Part shown: positions 13,601-25,107 of the stretch, piece after piece
How the letters are laid out: each line of letters begins with the position of its first letter
How positions within the stretch are numbered: the stretch's first letter is position 1
Assembly (NCBI GenBank): GCA_027923505.1
Contig: BROI01000010.1
Span: 62,001 to 126,000, forward strand
Length of the DNA: 64,000 bases
Direction: 5' to 3'
Origin: Mayamaea pseudoterrestris
Taxonomy: Eukaryota
The notes under the pieces: model-generated
What the model saw: the letters and a program-made list of their open reading frames with translations, nothing else
The model's database searches: none
Told to the model about the DNA's origin: nothing
Program-made: the position numbers and the translations under genes

Positions 13601-16600
13601 ACCATTCTGGTGTCATTTGGGTGTATACATGGCCTGCTGTAGGGGCGTTTGAATGTCACGGCATCTGCAGGCTGAGACTGGTGACAAGTTGTCACCAATA
13701 TCATTGCCGTCCCCTGAGACACTAGCCAGGGCATACCATCTTGTAGCGCAGCCTGAATAATGATATTGGCAATATTCTGGTGACATTTGGGTGTTTACAT
13801 GGCCTGCTGTAGGGGCGTTTGAATGTCACGGCATCTGCAGGCTGAGACTGGTGACAAGTTGTCACCAATATCATTGCTGTCCCCTGAGACACTAGCCAGG
13901 CATACCATCTTGTAGGGCAGCTTGAATAATGATATTGGCAATATTCTGGTGACATTTGGGTATATACCTGGCCTGCTGTAGGGGCGTTTAAATGTCATGG
14001 CATCTGCAGGCTGAGACTGGTGACAAGTTGTCACCAATGAATATCATTGCCATCCCCTGAGACACTAGCCAGGTATACCATCTTGTAGCGCAGCCTGAAT
14101 AATGATATTGGCACCGTTCTGGTGTATTTTGGGCACCTACATGGCTTGCTGTAGGGGCGTTTGAATGTCACGGCATCTGCAGGCTGAGACTGGTGACAAG
14201 TTGTCACCAATATCATTGCCGTCCCCTGAGACACTAGCCAGGCATACCATCTTGTAGCGCAGCCTGAATAATGATGTTGGCACCATTCTGGTGTCATTTG
14301 GGTGTATACATGGCCTGCTGTAGGAGCATTTAAATGTCACGGCATCTGCAGGCTGAGACTGGTGACAAGTTGTCACCAATATCATTACCGTCCCCTGAGA
14401 CACTAGCCAGGCATACCATCTTGTAGCGCAGCCTGAATAATGATGTTGGCACCATTCTGGTGTATTTTGGGCACCTACAGGGCTTACTGTAGGGGCGTTT
14501 GAATGTCACGGCATCTGCGGGCTGAGACTGGTGACAAGTTGTCACCAATATCATTGCTGTCCCCTGAGACACTAGCCAGGCATACCATCTTGTAGCGCAG
14601 CCTGAATAATGATATTGGCAATATTCTGGTGACATTTGGGTATATACCTGGCCTGCTGTAGGGGCGTTTAAATGTCACGGCATCTGCAGGCTGAGACTGG
14701 TGACAAGTTGTCACCAATATCATTGCCATCCCCTGAGACACTAGCCAGGCATACCATCTTGTAGCGCAGCCTGAATAATGATGTTGGCACCATTCTGGTG
14801 TATTTTGGGCACCTACAGGGCCTGCTGTAGGGGCGTTTGAATGTCACGGCATCTGCGGGCTGAGACTGGTGACAAGTTGTCACCAATATCATTGCTGTCC
14901 CCTGAGACACTAGCCAGGCATACCATCTTGTAGCGCAGCCTGAATAATGATGTTGGCACCATTCTGGTGTCATTTGGGTGTATACATGGCCTGCTGTAGG
15001 GGCGTTTGAATGTCACGGCATCTGCAGGCTGAGACTGGTGACAAGTTGTCACCAATATCATTGCCGTCCCCTGAGACACTAGCCAGGCATACCATCTTGT
15101 TGCGCAGCCTGAATAATGATGTTGGCACCATTCTGGTGTCATTTGGGTGTATACATGGCCTGCTATAGGGGCATTTGAATGTCACGGCATCTGCGGGCTG
15201 AGACTGGTGACAAGTTGTCACCAATATCATTGCCATCCCCTGAGACACTAGCCAGGCATACCATCTTGTAGCGCAGCCTGAATAATGATGTTGGCACCAT
15301 TCTGGTGTCATTTGGGTGTATACATGGCCTGCTGTAGGGGCGTTTGAATGTCACGGCATCTGCAGGCTGAGACTGGTGACAAGTTGTCACCAATATCATT
15401 ACCGTCCCCTGAGACACTAGCCAGGCATACCATCTTGTAGCGCAGCCTGAATAATGATGTTGGCACCATTCTGGTGTATTTTGGGCACCTACAGGGCTTG
15501 CTGTAGGGGCGTTTGAATGTCACAGCATCTGCGGGCTGAGACTGGTGACAAGTTGTCACCAATATCATTGCCATCCCCTGAGACACTAGCCAGGCATACC
15601 ATCTTGTAGCGCAGCCTGAATAATGATGTTGGCACCATTCTGGTGTCATTTGGGTGTATACATGGCCTGCTGTAGGGGCGTTTGAATGTCACGGCATCTG
15701 CAGGCTGAGACTGGTGACAAGTTGTCACCAATATCATTGCCGTCCCCTGAGACACTAGCCAGGCATACCATCATGTTGCGCAGCCTGAATAATGATGTTG
15801 GCACCATTCTGGTGTCATTTGGGTGTATACATGGCCTGCTGTAGGGGCGTTTGAATGTCACGGCATCTGCAGGCTGAGACTGGTGACAAGTTGTCACCAA
15901 TATCATTACCGTCCCCTGAGACACGAGCCAGGCATATCATCTTGTAGCGCAGCCTGAATAATGATGTTGGCACCATTCTGGTGTCATCTGGGTGTATACA
16001 TGGCCTGCTGTAGGGGCATTTGAATGTCACAGCATCTGCAGGCTGAGACTGGTGACAAGTTGTCACCAATATCATTACCGTCCCCTGAGACACTAGCCAG
16101 GCATACCATCTTGTAGCGCAGCCTGAATAATGATGTTGGCAATATTCTGGTGTATTTTGGGCACCTACAGGGCCTGCTGTAGGGGCGTTTGAATGTCACG
16201 GCATCTGCAGGCTGAGACTGGTGACAAGTTGTCACCAATATCATTACCGTCCCCTGAGACACTAGCCAGGCATACCATCTTGTAGCGCAGCCTGAATAAT
16301 GATGTTGGCACCATTCTGGTGGTGTCATTTGGGTGTATACATGGCCTGCTGTAAGGGCGTTTGAATGTCACGGCATCTGCAGGCTGAGACTGGTGACAAG
16401 TTGTCACCAATATCATTGCCGTCCCCTGAGACACTAGCCAGGCATACCATCTTGTTGCGCAGCCTGAAAAATGATGTTGGCACCATTCTGGTGTCATTTG
16501 GGTGTATACATGGCCTGCTGTAGGGGCGTTTGAATGTCACGGCATCTGCGGGCTGAGACTGGTGACAAGTTGTCACCAATATCATTACCGTCCCCTGAGA

Positions 16601-19600
16601 CACTAGCCAGGCATACCATCTTGTAGCGCAGCCTGAATAATGATGTTGGCACCATTCTGGTGTATTTTGGGCACCTACAGGGCTTGCTGTAGGGGCGTTT
16701 GAATGTCACGGCATCTGCGGGCTGAGACTGGTGACAAGTTGTCACCAATATCATTACCGTCCCCTGAGACACTAGCCAGGCATACCATCTTGTAGCGCAG
16801 CCTGAATAATGATGTTGGCACCATTCTGGTGTCTTTTGGGCACCTACAGGGCCTGCTGTAGGGGCGTTTGAATGTCACGGCATCTGCGGGCTGAGACTGG
16901 TGACAAGTTGTCACCAATATCATTGCCGTCCCCTGAGACACTAGCCAGGCATACCATCTTGTAGCGCAGCCTGAATAATGATATTGGCACCATTCTGGTG
17001 TCATTTGGGTGTATACATGGCCTGCTGTAGGTGTGTTTGAATGTCACGGCATCTGCAGGCTGAGACTGGTGACAAGTTGTCACCAATATCATTGCCATCC
17101 CCTGAGACACTAGCCAGGCATACCATCTTGTAGCGCAGCCTGAATAATGATGTTGGCACCATTCTGGTGTATTTTGGGCACCTTCAGGGCTTACTGTAGG
17201 GGCGTTTGAATGTCACGGCATCTGCGGGCTGAGACTGGTGACAAGTTGTCACCAATATCATTGCTGTCCCCTGAGACACTAGCCAGGCATACCATCTTGT
17301 AGCGCAGCTTGAATAATGATGTTGGCAATTTTCTGGTGACATTTGGGTATACACATGGCCTGCTGTAGGGGCGTTTGAATGCCACGGCATCTGCAGGCTG
17401 AGACTGGTGACAAGTTGTCACCAATATCATTGCCATCCCCTGAGACACTAGCCAGGTATACCATCTTGTAGCGCAGCCTGGATAATGATGTTGGCACAAT
17501 TCTGGTGTCATTTGGGTGTATACATGGCCTGCTGTAGGGGCGTTTGAATGTCACGGCATCTGCAGGCTGAGACTGGTGACAAGTTGTCACCAATATCATT
17601 GCCGTCCCCTGAGACACTAGCCACGCATACCAGCTTGTAGCGCAGCCTGAATAATGATGTTGGCACCATTCTGGTGTCATTTGGGTATATTCATGGCCTG
17701 CTGTAGGGGCGTTTGAATGTCACGGCATCTGCAGGCTGAGACTGGTGACAAGTTGTCACCAATATCATTGCTGTCCCCTGAGACACTAGCCAGGCATACC
17801 ATCTTGTAGCGCAGCCTGAATAATGATGTTGGCACCATTCTGGTGTCATTTGGGCACCTACATGGCCTGCTGTAGGGGCGTTTGAATGTCACGGCATCTG
17901 CAGACTGAGACTGGTGACAAGTTGTCACCAATATCATTGCCGTCCCCTGAGACACTAGCCAGGCATACCATCTTGTTGCGCAGCCTGAATAATGATGGTG
18001 CCACCATTCTGGTGTCATTTGGGTGTATACATGGCCTGCTGTAGGGGCATTTGAATGTCACGGCATCTGCAGGCTGAGACTGGTGACAAGTTGTCACCAA
18101 TATCATTGCCGTCCCCTGAGACACTAGCCAGGCATACCATCTTGTAGCGCAGCCTGAATAATGATATTGGCAATATTCTGGTGTCATTTGGGTATATACA
18201 TGGCCTGCTGTAGGGGCGTTTGAATGTCACGGCATCTGCAGGCTGAGACTGGTGACAAGTTGTCACCAATATCATTGCCGTCCCCTGAGACACTAGCCAG
18301 GCATACCATCTTGTAGCGCAGCCTGAATAATGATGTTGGCACCATTCTGGTGTATTTCACTTTGGTACGGCCTGCTGTAGGGCGTTTGAATGTCACGGCA
18401 TCTGCAGGCTGAGACTGGTGACAAGTTGTCACCAATATCATTGCCGTCCCCTGAGACACTAGCCAGGCATACCATCTTGTAGCGCAGCCTGAATAATGAT
18501 GTTGGCACCATTCTGGTGTCATTTGGGTGTATACATGGCCTGCTGTAGGGGCGTTTGAATGTCACGGCATCTGCAGGCTGAGACTGGTGACAAGTTGTCA
18601 CCAATATCATTGCCGTCCCCTGAGACACTAGCCAGGCATACCATCTTGTAGCGCAGCCTGAATAATGATGTTGGCACCATTCTGGTGTCATTTGGGTGTA
18701 TACATGGCCTGCTGTAAGGGCGTTTGAATGTCACGGCATCTGCAGGCTGAGACTGGTGACAAGTTGTCACCAATATCATTGCCGTCCCCTGAGACACTAG
18801 CCAGGCATACCATCTTGTAGCGCAGCCTGAATAATGATGTTGCCACCATTCCAGTGTCAATTGGGTGTATACATAGCCTGCTGTAGGGGCGTTTGAATGT
18901 CACGGCATCTGCAGGCTGAGACTGGTGACAAGTTGTCACCAATATCATTGCCGTCCCCTGAGACACTAGCCAGGCATACCATCTTGTAGCGCAGCCTGAA
19001 TAATGATGTTGGCAATATTCTGGTGTATTTTGGGCACCTACAGGGCCTGCTGTAGGGGCATTTGAATGTCACGGCATCTGCAGGCTGAGACTGGTGACAA
19101 GTTGTCACCAATATCATTGCCGTCCCCTGAGACACTAGCCAGGCATACCATCTTGTTGCGCAGCCTGAATAATGATGTTGGCAACATTCTGGTGTCATTT
19201 GGGTGTATACATGGCCTGCTGTAGGGGCGTTTGAATGTCACGGCATCTGCAGGCTGAGACTGGTGACAAGTTGTCACCAATATCATTGCCGTCCCCTGAG
19301 ACACTAGCCAGGCATACCATCTTGTTGTGCAGCCTGAGTAATGATGTTGGCACCATTCTGGTGTCATTTGGGTGTATACATGGCCTGCTGTAGGGGCGTT
19401 TGAATGTCACGGCATCTGCAGGCTGAGACTGGTGACAAGTTGTCACCAATATCATTGCCGTCCCCTGAGACACTAGCCAGGCATACCATCTTGTTGCGCA
19501 GCCTGAATAATGATGTTGGCACCATTCTGGTGTCATTTGGGTGTATACATGGCCTGCTGTAGGGGCATTTGAATGTCACGGCATCTGCAGGCTGAGACTG

Positions 19601-20062
19601 GTGACAAGTTGTCACCAATATCATTACCGTCCCCTGAGACACTAGCCAGGCATACCATCTTGTAGCGCAGCCTGAATAATGATGTTGGCACCATTCTGGT
19701 GTCATTTGGGTGTATAAAATGCCTGCTGTAGGGGCGTTTGAATGTCACGGCATCTGCGGGCTGAGACTGGTGACAAGTTGTCACCAATATCATTGCTGTC
19801 CCCTGAGACACTAGCCAGGCATACCATCTTGTAGCGCAGCCTGGATAATGATGTTGGCACAATTCTGGTATCATTTGGTTGTATACATGGCCTGCTGTAG
19901 GGGCGTTTGAATGTCACGGCATCTGCAGGCTGAGACTGGTGACAAGTTGTCACCAATATCATTGCCATTGCCTGAGACACTAGCCAGGCATACCATCTTG
20001 TAGCGCAGCCTGAATAATGATGTTGGCACCATTCTGGTGTCATTTGGGTGTATACATGGCCT
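1638..20062. repeat. Satellite SatB, 169-bp monomer, about 109 head-to-tail copies
   Basis: Unit GTGTCATTTGGGTGTATACATGGCCTGCTGTAGGGGCGTTTGAATGTCACGGCATCTGCAGGCTGAGACTGGTGACAAGTTGTCACCAATATC...GGCACCATTCTG. ORF-track hits recur every 169 bp (9319, 9488, 9657, 9826). Largely noisy before ~12400, clean after. Confidence 0.98.
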
Positions 20063-20064
20063 AG

Positions 20065-20080
20065 TTAGGGTTAGGGTTAG
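20065..20080 (+). repeat. Interstitial telomeric repeat (TTAGGG)2TTAG
   Basis: ...CATGGCCT AG TTAGGG TTAGGG TTAG TGGGTTGTTG...; matches neither flanking satellite consensus. Confidence 0.85.
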
Positions 20081-22533
20081 TGGGTTGTTGGGTGATCAGG
20101 GGACGGGACATTGTAGTGGTATGATTCCATAATTTGGGGTGTTGGCCACACCCGTTTTGCAGATGGTGTAGGCCTTCCAGGCAGTCCGTTTTGCACCATT
20201 TCAGCCCATCCTCATGTCAATGGCACACCCTGGACATGTTTTGCCTGACTCATTGGGTTGTTGGGTGGCCAGGGCATGGGGCATTGTAGTGGTATGATTC
20301 CATAATTTGGGGTGTTGGCCACACCCATCTTGTAGACCATTCCATGCTGTAGGCCTCCAGGCAGTCCGTTTTGTACCATTTCAGACCATCCTCATGTCAA
20401 TGGCACACCCTGGACATGTTTTGCATGACTCATTGGGTTGTTGGGTGGCCAGGGGACGGGGCATTGTAGTGGTATGATTCCATAATTTGGGGTGTTGGCC
20501 ACACCCATTTTGCAGATGGTGTAGGCCTCCAGGCAGTCCGTTTTGCACCATTTCAGCCCATCCTCATGTCAATGGCACACCCTGGACATGTTTTGCCTGA
20601 CTCATTGGGTTGTTGGGTGGCCAGGGCATGGGGCATTGTAGTGGTATGATTCCATAATTTGGGGTGTTGGCCACACCCATCTTGTAGACCATTCCATGCT
20701 GTAGGCCTCCAGGCAGTCCGTTTTGTACCATGTCAGACCATCCTCGTGTCAATGGCACACCCTGGACATGTTTTGCATGACTCATTGGGTTGTTGGGTGA
20801 TCAGGGGACGGGGCATTGTAGTGGTATGATTCCATAATTTGGGGTGTTGGCCACACCCATTTTGCAGATGGTGTAGGCCTCCAGGCAGTCCGTTTTGCAC
20901 CATTTCAGCCCATCCTCCTGTCAGTGGCACACCCTGGACATGTTTTGCCTGACTCATTGGGTTGTTGGGTGGCCAGGGCATGGGGCATCGTAGTGGTATG
21001 ATTCCATAATTTGGGGTGTTGGCCACACCCATCTTGTAGACCATTCCATGCTGTAGGCCTCCAGGCAGTCCGTTTTGTACCATGTCAGACCATCCATCCT
21101 CATGTCAATGGCACACCCTGGACATGTTTTGCATGACTCATTGGGTTGTTGGGTGATCAGGGGATGGGGCATTGTAGTGGTATGATTCCATAATTTGGGG
21201 TGTTGGCCACACCCATTTTGCAGATGGTGTAGGCCTCCAGGCAGTCCGTTTTGCACCATTTCAGCCCATCCTCATGTCAATGGCACACCCTGGACATGTT
21301 TTGCCTGACTCATTGGGTTGTTGGGTGGCCATGGCATGGGGCATTGTAGTGGTATGATTCCATAATTTGGGGTGTTGGCCACACCCATCTTGTAGACCAT
21401 TCCATGCTGTAGGCCTCCAGGCAGTCCGTTTTGTACCATGTCAGACCATCCTCATGTCAATGGCACACCCTGGACATGTTTTGCATGACTCATTGGGTTG
21501 TTGGGTGATCAGGGGACGGGGCATTGTAGTGGTATGATTCCATAATTTGGGGTGTTGGCCACACCCATTTTGCAGATGGTGTAGGCCTCCAGGCAGTCCG
21601 TTTTGCACCATGTCAGCCCATCCTCATGTCAATGGCACACCCTGGACATGTTTTGCCTGACTCATTGGGTTGTTGGGTGATCAGGGGATGAGGCATTGAA
21701 GTGGTATGATTCCATAATTTGGAGTGTTGGCCACACCCATCTTGTAGACCATTCCATGCTGTAGGCCTCCAGGCAGTCCGTTTTGTACCATGTCAGACCA
21801 TCCTCATGTCAATGCCACACCCTGGACATGTTTTGCATGACTCATTGGGTTGTTGGGTGATCAGGGGATGGGGCATTGTAGTGGTATGATTCCATAATTT
21901 GGGGTGTTGGCCACACCCATTTTGCAGATGGTGTAGGCCTCCAGGCAGTCCGTTTTGCACCATTTCAGCCCATCCTCATGTCAATGGCACACCCTGGACA
22001 TGTTTTGCCTGACTCATTGGGTTGTTGGGTGGCCAGGGCATGGGGCATTGTAGTGGTATGATTCCATAATTTGGGGTGTTGGCCACACCCATCTTGCAGA
22101 CCATTCCATGCTGTAGGCCTCCAGGCAGTCCGTTTTGTACCATGTCAGACCATCCTCATGTCAATGGCTCACCTTGGACATGTTTTGCATGACTCATTGG
22201 GTTGTTGGGTGATCAGGGGATGGGGCATTGTAGTGGTAGGATTCCATAATTTGGGGTGTTGGCCACACCCATCTTGTAGACCATTCCATGCTGTAGGCCT
22301 CCAGGCAGTCCGTTTTGCACCATGTCAGACCATCCTCATGTCAATGGCACACCCTGGACATGTTTTGCATGACTCATTGGGTTGTTGGGTGATCAGGGGA
22401 CGAAGCATTGTAGTAATATGATTCCATAATTTGGGGTGTTGGCCACACCCATTTTGCAGATGGTGTAGGTCTCCAGGCAGTCCCTTTTGCACAATTTCAG
22501 CCCATCCTCATGTCAATGGCACACCCTGGACAT
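20081..22533. repeat. Satellite SatA, right block: about 14 monomers forming about 7 dimers of 172+180 bp
   Basis: TGGCACACCC anchor at 20221, 20401, 20573, 20753, 20925 gives spacings of 180, 172, 180, 172. Confidence 0.97.
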
Positions 22534-24906
22534 AGTTCATTCACTTTGTGCATTTGCCTCCTGCGTGTTGCCTGCTTCCAGATCCGCAGAAGTTGCTAGT
22601 ATGTACTATCCAACTGCCCAACACCAACCTAGCAGTGGCAAACATGAAGTGCCCACACACTCTATGCGTACAGCCACTGTGCATGATCCAAGGGCACAAG
22701 ACATACCTCCTTGGTGAATTTGTTTTGCGCATCAGCCTCCTGCTTGCCTTTTGCCTTCAGGTCAGCAGCTTCAGTTAGCAGGTACTATGTGACTGCCTAC
22801 CCTAGCAGTGGCAAACATCAGATCCCCACAATCTCTTTGTAAACTGGCTTGGGGCATGCTCCAAGGTCACAAATGGATATTGTATAGTGCATTCACTTTG
22901 TGCATTTGCCTCCTGCATGTTGCCTGCTTCCAGATCCGCAGAAGTTGCTGGTATGTACTACCCAACTGCCGAACACCAACCTAGCAGTGGCAAACATGAA
23001 GTGCCCACACACTCTATGCGTACAGCCACTGTGCATGATCCGAGGGCACAAGACATACCTCCTTGGTGAATTTGTTTTGCGCATCAGCCTCCTGCTTGCC
23101 ATTTGCCTTCAGGTCAGCAGCTTCAGTTAGCAGGTACTATGTGACTGCCTACCCTAGCAGTGGCAAACATCAGATCCCCACAATCTCTTTGTAAACTGGC
23201 TTGGGGCATGATCCAAGGTCACAAATGGATATTGTATAGTGCATTCACTTTGTGCATTTGCCTCCTGCATGTTGCCTGCTTCCAGATCCGCAGAAGTTGC
23301 TGGTATGTACTACCCAACTGCCAAACACCAACCTAGCAGTGGCAAACATGAAGTGCCCACACACTCTATGTGTACAGCCACTGTGCATGATCCAAGGACA
23401 CAAGACATATCTCCTTGGTGAATTTGTTTTGCGCATCAGCCTCCTGCTCGCCTTTTGCCTTCAGGTCAGCAGCTTCAGTTAGCAGGTACTATGTGACTGC
23501 CTACCCTAGCAGTGGCAAACATCAGATCCCCACAATCTCTTTGTAAACTGGCTTGGGGCATGATCCAAGGTCACAAATGGATATTGTATAGTGCATTCAC
23601 TTTGTGCATTTGCCTCCTGCATGTTGCCTGCATCCAGATCCGCAGAAGTTGCTGGTATGTACTACCCAACTACCAAACACCAACCTAGCAGTGGCAAACA
23701 TGAAGTGCCCACACACTCTATGCGTACAGCCACTGTGCATGATCCAAAGGCACAAGACATACCTCCTTGGTGAATTTGTTTTGCGCATCAGCCTCCTGCT
23801 TGCCTTTTGCCTTCAGGTCAGCAGCTTCAGTTAGCAGGTACTATGTGACTGCCTACCCTAGCAGTGGCAAACATCAGATCCCCACAATCTCTTTGTAAAC
23901 TGGCTTGGGGCATGATCCAAGGTCACAAATGGATATTGTATAGTGCATTCACTTTGTGCATTTGCCTCCTGCATGTTGCCTGCTTCCAGATCCGCAGAAG
24001 TTGCTGGTATGTACTACCTAACTGCCAAACACCAACCTAGCAGTGGCAAACATGAAGTGCCCACACACTCTATGCGTACAGCCACTGTGCATGATCTGAG
24101 GGCACAAGACTTACCTCCTTGGTGAATTTGATTTGCGCATCAGCCTCCTGTTTGCCTTTTGCCTTCAGGTCAGCAGCTTCAGTTAACAGGTACTATGTGA
24201 CTGCCTACCCTAGCAGTGGCAAACATCAGATCCCCACAATCTCTTTGTAAACTGGCTTGGGGCATGAATCCAAGGTCACAAATGGATAGTGTATAGTGCA
24301 TTCACCTTGTGCATTTGCCTCCTGCAGGTTGCCTGCTTCCAGATCCGCAGTACTACCCAACTGCCGAACACCAACCTAGCAGTGGCAAACATGAAGTGCC
24401 CACACACTCTATGCGTACAGCCACTGTGCATGATCCGAGGGCACAAGACATACCTCCTTGGTGAATTTGTTTTGCGCATCAGCCTCCTGCTTGCCTTTTG
24501 CCTTCAGGTCAGCAGCTTCAGTTAGCAGGTACTATGTGACTGCCTACCCTAGCAGTGGCAAACATCAGATCCCCACAATCTCTTTGTAAACTGGCTTGGG
24601 GCATGATCCAAGGTCACAAATGGATATTGTATAGTGCATTCACTTTGTGCATTTGCCTCCTGCATGTTGCCTGCTTCCAGATCCGCAGAAGTTGCTGGTA
24701 TGTACTACCCAACTGCTGAACACCAACCTAGAAGTGGCAAACATGAAGTGCCCACACCCACACACTCTATGCGTACAGCCACTGTGCATGATCCGCGGGC
24801 ACAAGACATACCTCCTTGGTGAATTTGTTTTGCGCATCAGCCTCCTGCTTGCCTTTTGCCTTCAGGTCAGCAGCTTCAGTTAGCAGGTACTATGTGACTG
24901 CCTACC
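22532..24906. repeat. Satellite SatC block 1, 352-bp unit, about 6.7 copies
   Basis: ORF-track repeats at 22887, 23239, 23591, 23943 (352-bp period); joins SatA through a 2-bp AT overlap. Confidence 0.98.
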
Positions 24907-25107
24907 TGTCACAATGACGATCTAGTCCAGTCGCTTGACGCAAACCTAGACGTCGCCGGGGGCGAACGAGCATAGTACTCGAACCTCTGTTGCGGTACCA
25001 GAAAAGACATCTACTCACAACTACGTCATTGAAATATTGCATGTGTGCCAGCCGCAGGCACGATTAAACAAGATTAGTATTCACTATCGTGAATGGTCTT
25101 GAGCCAT
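24907..25107 (+). mobile_element. 5' half of an LTR of the Copia-1 family
   Basis: Begins TGTCACAATGACGATCTAG; near-identical to the reverse complement of ~47090-47287; preceded by CTACC. Confidence 0.93.

Noticed and set aside
1638..20062. CRISPR-like array suggested by the regularly spaced palindrome
   Set aside because: The sequence between palindromes is also repeated, so there are no unique spacers; no cas genes; eukaryotic context.
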